The notes below the pieces were generated by a model, which saw nothing but the letters and a program-made list of their open reading frames with translations, was not told where the DNA came from and ran no database searches. Position numbers and translations under genes: made by a program. DNA of 64,000 nt from Chloroflexota bacterium (GTDB lineage Bacteria > Chloroflexota > Anaerolineae > UBA1429), in contig DUUT01000197.1 in the NCBI GenBank assembly GCA_012841405.1, positions 6,400 to 70,399 on the forward strand, given 5' to 3'. Shown one piece after another: positions 8,111-16,318 of this stretch (position 1 is its first letter; the number at the start of each line of letters is the position of its first letter).

Positions 8111-9685
8111 ATGGGGCTGGGGGAACACGTGACGACAACGATGGATGCACACAGAGAAGAGCGACCTCGGCAAGTGCGTGATCGCGCGCGCTACAGTGCG
8201 TGGGCGTACCTCACCCCGCTGCTGGGGATACTCCTGGGGCTGGCGCTGCTCTACGGGCTCATGCGCGTGGTGCAAGCGCACTATGAGGGACGCATCTTTC
8301 CTGGTGTGTCGGTGCAGGGGGTGTCTCTCGGTGGCATGACGCCCGATGAGGCGCGCCACGCCCTCCAGGGCCTATTGGAGCCAGGATCGCCGGGGACGGT
8401 GGCCTTTACGGACGGACAGGAGGAATGGGTGGCCCCGTGGAGAGAGCTTGGGGTGACGCCCGATATCGAGGGAGCCGTCGCGGCGGCGTATGCCATTGGT
8501 CACGCTGACACCGAGGTACACCCCCGCGATTGGGTGCGGACCTGGCTCGCCGATCACCAGGTACAGGCACCCCTGGTGGTGAACGCGGTGGTGGCACGAG
8601 AGGCGCTTGCGGCGACCGCGGAGGCGCTGAATCGTGCGCCGACAGCGGGGCGGCTCGAACTGCGCGGTGACGAGGTGACCGTGGTGCCTGGGACGCCCGG
8701 GCGCGCGCTCGATGTGGACACATCCCTCGACGCGCTCCTGGCGGTGGCGCAGGGCGCGCCGGAACCGGTGTGGCTGACCTTTCGTGAAGTGCCGGCGCCG
8801 GAGCCAGACCCCGCGCCGCTGCAGGCCGAGGTAGACAGCCTGCTGGAGCGCACGGTCACCGTGTCGACGTACGACCCGGTGAGCGATCAGCGCTATGAGT
8901 GGGAGCTGGGCCGAGCGGCCATCGTCCACTGGCTGCAACTGGAGCTGGACGAGGACGGTGCGGCGCGTCGGGTCGCCGTTGACGACGAGGCGGTAAAGGC
9001 GACGCTGGCGACCCTGGCCGAGGACTGGACCGACGGGCGTGGGTTCCAGCCCGATGAGGCGGCCACTATCGTTCGGGAGGCGTTCGAGGGGGGAGGCGGG
9101 CGCGTGACATTGCGCATCGCGTACCCTGAGCGGCGCTATACCGTGCAGGCGGGTGATACGGCGCTTGTGGTGGCTGCCCGGCATGGTATGCCTTTCTGGC
9201 ACCTGGCCGAAGCAAACCCCGACGTCGACCTGAACGCCCTCACGGTAGGACAAGAGCTGATCATCCCCTCGCAAGACGTGCTGCTGCCCCACCCACCGGT
9301 ACCCTACAAGCGCATCGTCATCAGCCTCGCCGAGCAGCGCATGCGCGTCTACGAGAACGGTGCAGTGATCCACGATTGGCTCGTCGCGACGGGACGCGAC
9401 GGGTCACCGACGCTCCCCGGCGTGTTCCAGGTGCTGTCCAAGGAAGAGAATGCCTACGCGAGCCTGTGGGATCTCGAGATGCCCCACTTTATCGGCATCT
9501 ATGTCTCGGGGCCCGGGTTCACCAACGGCATCCACGCCCTGCCGATCCTGTCGAGCGGTCAGAGGCTGTGGGAGGGCGCCCTCGGAACGCGGGCGTCGTA
9601 TGGCTGTGTCATCCTCGGCATCCGAGAGGCGGAGGAACTGTACAATTGGGCCGAGCTTGGGGTTACGGTCGAGGTTCGTCCATAG
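8111..9685 (+). CDS. L,D-transpeptidase with PG_binding_4-like N-domain and LysM
   Basis: LysM YTVQAGDTALVVAARHGMPF...VGQELIIP. YkuD domain ...GIHALP...SYGCVIL. N-terminal TM segment. Confidence 0.8.
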   Translation: MGLGEHVTTTMDAHREERPRQVRDRARYSAWAYLTPLLGILLGLALLYGLMRVVQAHYEGRIFPGVSVQGVSLGGMTPDEARHALQGLLEPGSPGTVAFTDGQEEWVAPWRELGVTPDIEGAVAAAYAIGHADTEVHPRDWVRTWLADHQVQAPLVVNAVVAREALAATAEALNRAPTAGRLELRGDEVTVVPGTPGRALDVDTSLDALLAVAQGAPEPVWLTFREVPAPEPDPAPLQAEVDSLLERTVTVSTYDPVSDQRYEWELGRAAIVHWLQLELDEDGAARRVAVDDEAVKATLATLAEDWTDGRGFQPDEAATIVREAFEGGGGRVTLRIAYPERRYTVQAGDTALVVAARHGMPFWHLAEANPDVDLNALTVGQELIIPSQDVLLPHPPVPYKRIVISLAEQRMRVYENGAVIHDWLVATGRDGSPTLPGVFQVLSKEENAYASLWDLEMPHFIGIYVSGPGFTNGIHALPILSSGQRLWEGALGTRASYGCVILGIREAEELYNWAELGVTVEVRP

Positions 9686-9686
9686 A

Positions 9687-9975
9687 CAAAAACACAGAGC
9701 CTCAAGTGACCTTTGAGTATCCCTCTCACCAAAGACACCTGCCGAACGGAGCCCAGAACCTGTGTTAAAGGTTCTCATCTCCGCGGATCCGGATGGCTCA
9801 CCTTCACTCGAGCTTTCACCCGAGTTACAAACTTGCCAGACTCTCGATCACCCTTGCGGGTTGACCTTTCCGCCGACTCGTGGTTCATCAGGTGTGACCC
9901 TGATTCTCCACTTGCCATCCGTCTCACTTTGCTCAAGTGCTCGAGATGGGACTCGCCAACCTCTCGAGGCTCTGT
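9687..9975 (-). ncRNA. candidate structured ncRNA, about 290 nt, class unknown
   Basis: Sits downstream of a near-consensus promoter. A 13-bp helix joins the 5' end (9975-9963) to 9706-9694 and is followed by U5. Internal hairpins include an ACCC-GCAA-GGGU tetraloop stem. The next gene is convergent. Confidence 0.5.
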
Positions 9976-9981
9976 ATAAGT

Positions 9982-10010
9982 ATAATAGCAGATAGTGGTG
10001 GCTATGTCAA
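9982..10010 (-). promoter_or_regulatory. near-consensus sigma70 promoter
   Basis: Minus strand TTGACA (10010-10005), 17-nt spacer, TATTAT (9987-9982). Confidence 0.6.
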
Positions 10011-10079
10011 GTGTTTTTCTTGAGAAATATCGCGACGTGTACAACGTGTGGGGGGTGACTCGCGATGACGGCGGGGCCG

Positions 10080-10107
10080 TTGACAGGGACCTCGCCTCGA
10101 ATATGAT
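10080..10107 (+). promoter_or_regulatory. sigma70-like promoter for the amidohydrolase gene
   Basis: TTGACA (10080-10085), 16-nt spacer, TATGAT (10102-10107). Confidence 0.5.
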
Positions 10108-10137
10108 GGGCGGCAAACGCTACATCAGGGAGGGACG

Positions 10138-10941
10138 ATGATCGTCGAGTGGAACGCGCACATGTTCAGCAGCGACCGGCAGCGGTACCCCTTTTTTCCT
10201 ACGGCCGTCTACACGCCCTCCGAAGAGCGGCTCGCTACCGACCCGGTGGGTGACTATTTGCGGCGGATGGAGACCGTCGGCATCGATCGAGCCGTGCTCG
10301 TGCAGCCCGAGCCCTACGGCGATGACCACCGCCTGGTGCTCGACTGCCTGGCGCGGGATCCGAACCGCCTCAAGGCGACGTGTCTGTTTCTTCCCAAGGA
10401 TCCGCAGGCGGTACGCAAGATGGAAGCGCTGGTGGCCTCCGAACCACGCATCATAGCGCAGCGCTTCCATGCCCATCGTGGCAAAGAGATGTACCTCGAC
10501 AGCTTTTGCGATGCACCCGTGCGCGCCCTGTGGCGTCGTGCCGGCGAGCTGGGGCTGGTCATCGAGCTGCATATCGGCCCCAACTATGTGCGGCAGGCGT
10601 ACGATCTCGCGCGCGAGTATGCCGACTATCCGGTGCTCATCGATCACCTGGCAGAGCCCCACCTGGGCACGGAAGCCGAGTACGAGGATGTCTTGGCGAT
10701 GGGCGGGTTACCCAACGTGACCATGAAGCTCTCTGGCCTGACGCACTTTTCCCGCGAGCCAGAGCCCCATCGTGATGCGCGTGACCTGGTGCGACGGGTG
10801 GCCGACGCGTTCGGGCCGGAACGCTTGGCCTGGAGTTCTGGCTCGCCTGCGATCGTCGATGCGTTGCTCGATGACTGGTCGGATGAGGATCGCGCGCGGG
10901 TCAAGGGCCTGAACCTCGCGCGGCTGGCGGGGTTCGAGTGA
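10138..10941 (+). CDS. amidohydrolase-2 family metal-dependent hydrolase
   Basis: MIVEWNAHMF start, TIM-barrel hydrolase-like sequence, GGAGGG RBS. Confidence 0.75.
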   Translation: MIVEWNAHMFSSDRQRYPFFPTAVYTPSEERLATDPVGDYLRRMETVGIDRAVLVQPEPYGDDHRLVLDCLARDPNRLKATCLFLPKDPQAVRKMEALVASEPRIIAQRFHAHRGKEMYLDSFCDAPVRALWRRAGELGLVIELHIGPNYVRQAYDLAREYADYPVLIDHLAEPHLGTEAEYEDVLAMGGLPNVTMKLSGLTHFSREPEPHRDARDLVRRVADAFGPERLAWSSGSPAIVDALLDDWSDEDRARVKGLNLARLAGFE

Positions 10942-11055
10942 TGGCGTAGGCCCTACCTCGGGCGTACGGAGCGGGACAAAGGTGAGCCGGGGAACGCGCG
11001 CGTCGGCGAGGCGAGCGGACCCCCGGTTCTTCTTCACGGCGCGCTGTGTCCCCTA

Positions 11056-11188
11056 GGCCCTGTTTCACGAATGCACCTGACGTCGTAACGATGTCGCCCC
11101 GAGCGTAGGTGAAGGGCCTTGACGCCCATCGAACGAGTCTTCTCGCCACGCTCAGAACCACGCTGTGGCCTATTTTCCAAACGCAACC
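11056..11188 (-). mobile_element. MITE-like repeat, 133 nt, TA-flanked within CTAG
   Basis: TA at 11054-55 and 11189-90. Ends GGTTGCGTTTGGAAAATAGGCC and ...CGTGAAACAGGGCC. The terminal G completes the TAG stop of the AKR gene. Confidence 0.6.
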
Positions 11189-12036
11189 TAGCCGCGGGTA
11201 AAGAGAGGCTCGAGCCCACTGGAACGCGCGGAAACCTGTTTCTGCTCCTCGCTGGTCAGCGTACAGAAGCGATCGGCGGCATCACACATCCACCATAGCA
11301 GCTCGGCGTGACTCGGGCTGACGGCGGCGGTAACGTCGTGAGACAGCGTCCAGTTCAGTGCCATCTGCGCCTCGGCGGGATCATCGACGGGGACGTACCA
11401 GCACTTGGGCCATGGGCGCTGCTCGCCCTCGCGAAGGGGACGCTTGGCGAGCGCCTTGAGCGCCAGGATACCGACGTGCGCCCGCTTGGCGGCGGCTAGG
11501 GCGCGGGCCCCAAAGCCGCCTTGGTACCATGCCACCCAGTTGAACGGAAAGAGCATGGTGTCGAAGGGAAAGCGCGCTAGCAGGGCGGCGGCTGCGTCCT
11601 CATCATGAGCGGAAAAACCGATAAAGCAGATGAGACCCTGCTCTTGCGCCTCGACAAGGGCCTCGATAGCGCCGCCGGGTGCCAGAATCTGCTCGACCTC
11701 GCCGAGGCTGGAGACAGCGTGGATCTGATAGAGGTCGAACCTGTCCGTGCGTAGGCGTTCGAGGGAGCGCCGCAGCTCTTCGCGCGCGCCCTGAGCCGTG
11801 CGCTCGCGCGTCTTGCACGCCAGGAACACGGACCGGCGATAGGGCGCCAGGGCGGGGCCAAGGCGTTCCTCGGCGTTACCGTAGGTGGGCGCGACGTCAA
11901 AGTAGTTGATGCCACGGTCGATGGCTTGGGCCACCAGGCGCGTGGCCTCATCGGGAGTGACGTCGTTGACCACCATGCCGCCAAAGCCGACGACGGAGAG
12001 GTTGACCCCAGTTCTGCCCAGACGATGAGTATCCAT
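11188..12036 (-). CDS. aldo/keto reductase
   Basis: MDTHRLGRTGVNLSVVGFGG...INYFDVAPTYGNAEERLG. ATG 12036 preceded by GGAGG. Confidence 0.85.
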   Translation of the reverse strand: MDTHRLGRTGVNLSVVGFGGMVVNDVTPDEATRLVAQAIDRGINYFDVAPTYGNAEERLGPALAPYRRSVFLACKTRERTAQGAREELRRSLERLRTDRFDLYQIHAVSSLGEVEQILAPGGAIEALVEAQEQGLICFIGFSAHDEDAAAALLARFPFDTMLFPFNWVAWYQGGFGARALAAAKRAHVGILALKALAKRPLREGEQRPWPKCWYVPVDDPAEAQMALNWTLSHDVTAAVSPSHAELLWWMCDAADRFCTLTSEEQKQVSARSSGLEPLFTRG

Positions 12037-12049
12037 GGCAGCCTCCAAT

Positions 12050-12093
12050 CAGCAAGCAAAGGGGCCGCCTCGGATGCAGCGATGAGGCGGCCC
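12050..12093 (-). terminator. intrinsic terminator after the PH-domain gene
   Basis: GGGCCGCCTC pairs with GAGGCGGCCC (10-bp stem), followed on the minus strand by CCUUUGCUUGCU. Confidence 0.6.
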
Positions 12094-12182
12094 AGTGAAC
12101 GCGTGCCGGTAGTATGGCGCCTGCGGGCGGTGTTGGCAAGCTTGCGAGGCGCAGATGCCTCCACGCATGCAGGGCAAGAGCA

Positions 12183-12710
12183 CTACATCTCCTCCTGAAA
12201 GCTGAAGCGGTGGCGCTGCCGTGCCGATAGCACGGCACGGCGGATGGTGTCGTGGACGCGCTCCGGGTGGCGGACGTTGTGCAGCGTGAGCTGTGGGTGC
12301 GAGGGGTCCGAGCTGCGCAGGCTGACGTCACCAATGCCCAGGATACGCTCGCCCAAGCTCTGACGGTAATCGAGGTCCTGCACGCGAACGAGCTCGACGC
12401 TCTCGTTCGCCTTGCTCAGCAGACCCGAGCGCACGCGTATGCGCTCCGTGGAGATGGTGTACTGCTCGACCATCGACAGAAAGGGGCGACCCGACCAGAG
12501 CACCCGCTCGTCGGGCAACTCGGTGGTGGTACCACCGTCGACGCCGGTCTCGGCGCTGGTTTCAGCGAGGGTCTCGACAATGCCCTCGGCTACAGCGTCG
12601 ACGAGCGCTTCCAGCTGATCGGGCGGTATGGATGACACCTCGATGTGACTCTGGGCGATGGACTGCCAGATACGGGCGGAGAGGCGCGATTTGAGTTCGT
12701 CAGCGGCCAT
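12183..12710 (-). CDS. bacterial PH-domain (bPH_2/YdbT-like) protein
   Basis: ERVLWSGRPFLSMVEQYTISTERIRVRSG...VELVRVQDLDYRQSLGERILGIGDV. ATG 12710 preceded by GAGGAGG. The upstream part of the 424-aa track ORF is not protein-like. Confidence 0.7.
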   Translation of the reverse strand: MAADELKSRLSARIWQSIAQSHIEVSSIPPDQLEALVDAVAEGIVETLAETSAETGVDGGTTTELPDERVLWSGRPFLSMVEQYTISTERIRVRSGLLSKANESVELVRVQDLDYRQSLGERILGIGDVSLRSSDPSHPQLTLHNVRHPERVHDTIRRAVLSARQRHRFSFQEEM

Positions 12711-12825
12711 GTGGCATGCCTCCTCGGGAGGGCGGTAGCCTTCGATAGGATGATACACTGCCTGCGCATGATGGGGCGCAGGATAGCGCCATCCGAGGGC
12801 GGCGTCAATGGAGCGCGCAGCAGCG

Positions 12826-12854
12826 TTGACCGCTGTGCGGCTGCGGGCTATACT
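12826..12854 (+). promoter_or_regulatory. sigma70-like promoter for the radical-SAM/gcvT unit
   Basis: TTGACC (12826-12831), 17-nt spacer, TATACT (12849-12854). Confidence 0.55.
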
Positions 12855-12881
12855 GGCCGTCACCGAGCCTGAGTAGGTGAC

Positions 12882-13802
12882 ATGATGCGCCATGACGTGC
12901 GTCGAGATTACGATATCGATCTGGGCGAGATCCTGGCGACGACTCCCCATCGCTGGCGCGACGCCTGGGATGTGCGCTCTCGCTTCCACCCTCCGACGAT
13001 CACCTTTGATCGCCCGACGGCGACGTTGCCCATCAGCGTGACTGGAGCGCGTTGCGCGCTCCAGTGTGCCCATTGCGGCGGCCACTATCTGCGCCACATG
13101 CGAACCCTCGACGATGCGGCGGCCCTCGGTGCCCTGAACGGCGCTACGAGCCTGCTCATCTCTGGCGGCTGCGATGCAGCAGGGCGCGTGCCGGTGATCG
13201 AGCACCTCCCGGTGCTGCGCCGCCTGGGCGCTGGTAGGCGGCTGAACTGGCATCTCGGGCTGATCGATGAGGAGACGATGCGGGCGGTGGCGCCGCTGGC
13301 TGATGTGGTCTCGTTCGACGTGGTCGGGGATGCCGCCACGGCCCGCGAGGTCTATGGGCTTGACGTGGATCTCGCCATCTACATGGCGACACTCCGCACG
13401 ATGCGGCGACATGCACGGGTGGTGCCGCACATTACTGTGGGATTGCGCGGCGGGCAACTGAGCGGCGAGATGGCGGCCGTGTCGGCGCTGGCCGCCGAGG
13501 GCGTCGATACGCTGGTCTTTATCGTGCTGATTCCGACAGAGGGCACGGCGTTTGCCGATCGTTGCCCTCCAAAGGTGGCGGACGTCGCCGACGTGTTACT
13601 CCAGGCACGGCTGGCCCTCCCACAGGCGAGACTGTTGCTCGGGTGCATGCGGCCACACGGCGTTTACCGCCAGGCATTGGATGAGGTCGCAGTGCGGGCT
13701 GGAATCAATGGGATCGTCAACCCCACGCGCGTTGCCGAGCGCGTGGCGGAGGCGTTGGGACTGGAAGCGACGTGGGGGAACGAATGCTGCAGCTTGGACT
13801 AG
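12882..13802 (+). CDS. radical SAM protein, biotin-synthase-related (LipS1/LipS2-type candidate)
   Basis: CALQCAHC (CX3CX2C) motif, GCMRPHG, C-terminal ECCSLD. Lies directly upstream of gcvT. Confidence 0.7.
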   Translation: MMRHDVRRDYDIDLGEILATTPHRWRDAWDVRSRFHPPTITFDRPTATLPISVTGARCALQCAHCGGHYLRHMRTLDDAAALGALNGATSLLISGGCDAAGRVPVIEHLPVLRRLGAGRRLNWHLGLIDEETMRAVAPLADVVSFDVVGDAATAREVYGLDVDLAIYMATLRTMRRHARVVPHITVGLRGGQLSGEMAAVSALAAEGVDTLVFIVLIPTEGTAFADRCPPKVADVADVLLQARLALPQARLLLGCMRPHGVYRQALDEVAVRAGINGIVNPTRVAERVAEALGLEATWGNECCSLD

Positions 13803-14833
13803 TAGGATGCGAGCCGGGCGGCGAGGCCGCGGCACCGGAAGGCTTGCGTGCAACGACGGCGCCCCGCGACGCCCAGTGGCGGGTGTCCTCGGGCACCGCG
13901 GCGGTGCTGGGGTTGCGCCCTCTGACCATGGATGCGGTCCCCACGACGGCGTACCTCATGCTGGGCGAGCGTTGCCTGCGCAACTGTGCCTTTTGCGCCC
14001 AGGCGCGCGACAGCCGCGCGCCGATCGAGGCGCTCTCGCGGGTGACGTGGCCGGCCTTTGGTGCCCAGCACGTGGCACGGGCGGTAGAGCAGGCGCATGC
14101 GACGGGGAGAATCGCCCGGGCGTGCTTCCAGGTGACGGCTGGCGCCGGCGCTCTCGATGAGGCCGCCCAGGCCGTCAGGACACTCGCCGCTGAGACGGGA
14201 GTGCCTATCTGCGTGTCGGCGGCGCCACGGAATGTGGACGACGTCGGAAAGCTGCTACGCCTGGGGGCCGAGCGCGTGACCATCGCGCTGGACGCCGCCA
14301 AGCCGGCGGTGTTTGCGCGCGTCAAAGGCGGCGCGTGGGAGCGCACGTGGAATCTGCTCATGATGTCTGCGGAACGGTATCCAGGCCGCATCGGAACACA
14401 CCTTATTGTGGGGCTCGGTGAAACCGAGGCGGATGTGGTGACCCTGATACAGCGTCTGAGCGACGTGGGCGTCACCATCGCGCTGTTTGCCTTTACGCCC
14501 GTCCCGGGGACGGCGATGGCATCCGCTGCACCGCCGCCGTTGAGTGTGTATCGTCGCGTGCAGGTAGCGCGTTGGCTCATCGTGCAGGGCGTTTCGCGTG
14601 TCGACGCGTTCTCCTTTGACAGCGATGGGCGGCTCACCTCTTATGGGTTGGATGCGACAGCGCTGCGTGCGACGTTGGTGAGCGGGGAAGCGTTTCGCAC
14701 GGCGGGCTGTCCTGGCTGCAATCGTCCCTACTACAATGAGCGGCCTGGCGGTGTCATGTACAACTATGCGCGACCGCTTTCCACCGCGGAGGCCGAGCGA
14801 GAGGTCGCGGCGCTGGTGGCATCGCTCGGCTGA
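13772..14833 (+). CDS. radical SAM protein, biotin-synthase-related (LipS1/LipS2-type candidate)
   Basis: CLRNCAFC (CX3CX2C) motif, IVGLGETE, C-terminal GCPGCNRPYYNE. Overlaps the preceding radical-SAM gene. Start uncertain (13772 or 13784). Confidence 0.7.
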   Translation: MGERMLQLGLVGCEPGGEAAAPEGLRATTAPRDAQWRVSSGTAAVLGLRPLTMDAVPTTAYLMLGERCLRNCAFCAQARDSRAPIEALSRVTWPAFGAQHVARAVEQAHATGRIARACFQVTAGAGALDEAAQAVRTLAAETGVPICVSAAPRNVDDVGKLLRLGAERVTIALDAAKPAVFARVKGGAWERTWNLLMMSAERYPGRIGTHLIVGLGETEADVVTLIQRLSDVGVTIALFAFTPVPGTAMASAAPPPLSVYRRVQVARWLIVQGVSRVDAFSFDSDGRLTSYGLDATALRATLVSGEAFRTAGCPGCNRPYYNERPGGVMYNYARPLSTAEAEREVAALVASLG

Positions 14834-14967
14834 AAGGGGAATCGCTCGCTCACGCCTGGCTCATGTCTCGCCGCCGCTTCTGGATGGAAGGCGGGGAAAC
14901 GGGGTGACCGCGGCAGGTCTGACGTGCTGGCGAGCATCGACACGAACAAGCAGCGAGGAGCGGTATC

Positions 14968-16065
14968 ATGGCAAAGCAAACGGCGTTGTACGATCGGCAC
15001 GTGGCCCTGGGCGGAAGGATGGTCGAGTTCGCCGGATGGATGCTGCCGGTGCAGTACCCCACCGGCCCCAAGGAGGAACACCTCCGCGTCCGCGAGGCGG
15101 CGGGCCTGTTCGATATCGATCACATGGGGCAGATCGTCGTTCACGGCGCGGATGCCGTTCCCTTTCTGCAGCACGTGCTAACGGCCGACGTCAGCAGCTT
15201 TGAGGTCGGCCGTGCGTACTATGGGTTGATGTGCTATGACGATGGCGGTGTGGTAGACGACACCTTTGTGTACCGGCTGCCCGATCGCTACTTTGTGGTG
15301 GTGAATGCGGCGAACAATGCCAAGGATACGCGTTGGCTGGACTATCATCGGGCCGGGTTTGACGTGACGGTGGAAAACGTGTCCGATGCGACCTATATGC
15401 TGGCGCTACAAGGACCCAAGGCGGAGGCCATCTTGAGTTCCCTCTGCCCAGCCGAGCTATCGACTATGCCGTACCATACGGTCATCGAGACGGAGGTTCT
15501 CGGTGTGCCGACCATTGTCGGGCGTACGGGGTACACGGGAGAGGATGGCTTTGAGCTGTTCTTCTCTGCGGAGAGGGCCGTTGATGTGTGGGACGGCATC
15601 ATGGATGCGGGGGCGCCCCATGGGCTGTTACCCATCGGCTTGGCGGCGCGCGACTCGCTGCGCTTTGAGCCCTGCTTTCCCCTCTACGGCCAAGAGATCT
15701 CGGCGATGGTAGACCCCATCGAGGCTGGCCTGGGGTGGGCGGTGGCCCTGTCCAAGGGGCCGTTCATCGGGCGGGAGGCGTTGCTCAAGACGCGGCTCGA
15801 GGGCGCGCCGAATCGGCTCGTGGGGCTGCGCATGACGCAGGGCGGCGTACCTCGCCATGGGTACGAGGTTGTGGTCGGTGACGTCGTCGTTGGCGAGGTG
15901 ACCACGGGGATGTATGCCCCAACGGCGGAGGCGTTCCTTGCCCTGGCGTACGTGGCGACGGAGTACAGCACGCCGGGCACCGAGGTGGGGATCATGATCC
16001 GCGACAGGGTGCGCTCGGCGGTCGTTGAAAAGATACCCTTCTATCGACCGACGTATCGACGTTAA
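14968..16065 (+). CDS. gcvT: aminomethyltransferase (glycine cleavage T protein)
   Basis: MAKQTALYDRHVALGGRMVEFAGWMLPVQY and full-length GcvT-like sequence. Confidence 0.95.
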   Translation: MAKQTALYDRHVALGGRMVEFAGWMLPVQYPTGPKEEHLRVREAAGLFDIDHMGQIVVHGADAVPFLQHVLTADVSSFEVGRAYYGLMCYDDGGVVDDTFVYRLPDRYFVVVNAANNAKDTRWLDYHRAGFDVTVENVSDATYMLALQGPKAEAILSSLCPAELSTMPYHTVIETEVLGVPTIVGRTGYTGEDGFELFFSAERAVDVWDGIMDAGAPHGLLPIGLAARDSLRFEPCFPLYGQEISAMVDPIEAGLGWAVALSKGPFIGREALLKTRLEGAPNRLVGLRMTQGGVPRHGYEVVVGDVVVGEVTTGMYAPTAEAFLALAYVATEYSTPGTEVGIMIRDRVRSAVVEKIPFYRPTYRR

Positions 16066-16318
16066 GCCGTACTGCGGGTGAACGGAGCTTGAGCGGAGCG
16101 CTCGGCATCAGGAGTCAAGCCACAACAGCGCGCCATCATCTTGTGCGATTGAACCACAACCCAGAGCACCGAGCATGAAGGATTGGTGCAGAGGCGTGGG
16201 TTCCGTTTCAGCGGAACCCGTGGCCGGCTGAGGTCAGGCCGGGCGGCGACGCCCCGCAACCAGTCCTTCGCGCTTCCCAAAGGGACACGGTGGCCACCCG
16301 GGATGGGGATGTGGGTGT

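Noticed and set aside
9687-9975. Assigning the three RNA candidates (9687-9975, 41402-41732, 42466-42762) to RNase P, tmRNA, SRP RNA, 6S RNA or a known riboswitch.
   Set aside because: I found none of GGAAAGUCC/ACAGAACCCGGC, a T-arm plus CCA, GGAAGCAGCC with a GNAR loop, or B12, TPP, FMN or c-di-AMP cores. The lengths do not fit 6S RNA. They are left as unknown class rather than forced into a family.
9775-10116. 113-aa minus-strand ORF in the AT-rich island.
   Set aside because: It spans the predicted promoter and transcription start, has no RBS, and has odd, highly charged, low-complexity composition.
12711-13457. N-terminal 250 codons of the 424-aa track ORF 12183..13457.
   Set aside because: This stretch is antisense to the radical-SAM gene and not protein-like. 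The PH-domain protein has its own ATG at 12710 with a GAGGAGG RBS.
14834-14967. Glycine riboswitch upstream of gcvT (also checked at 18719-19109 upstream of gcvH).
   Set aside because: Conserved cores (GGAGAG, CACCGAAGGGGCAA, CUCAGGCAAAAGGAC) are absent. A covariance-model scan would be needed to be certain.
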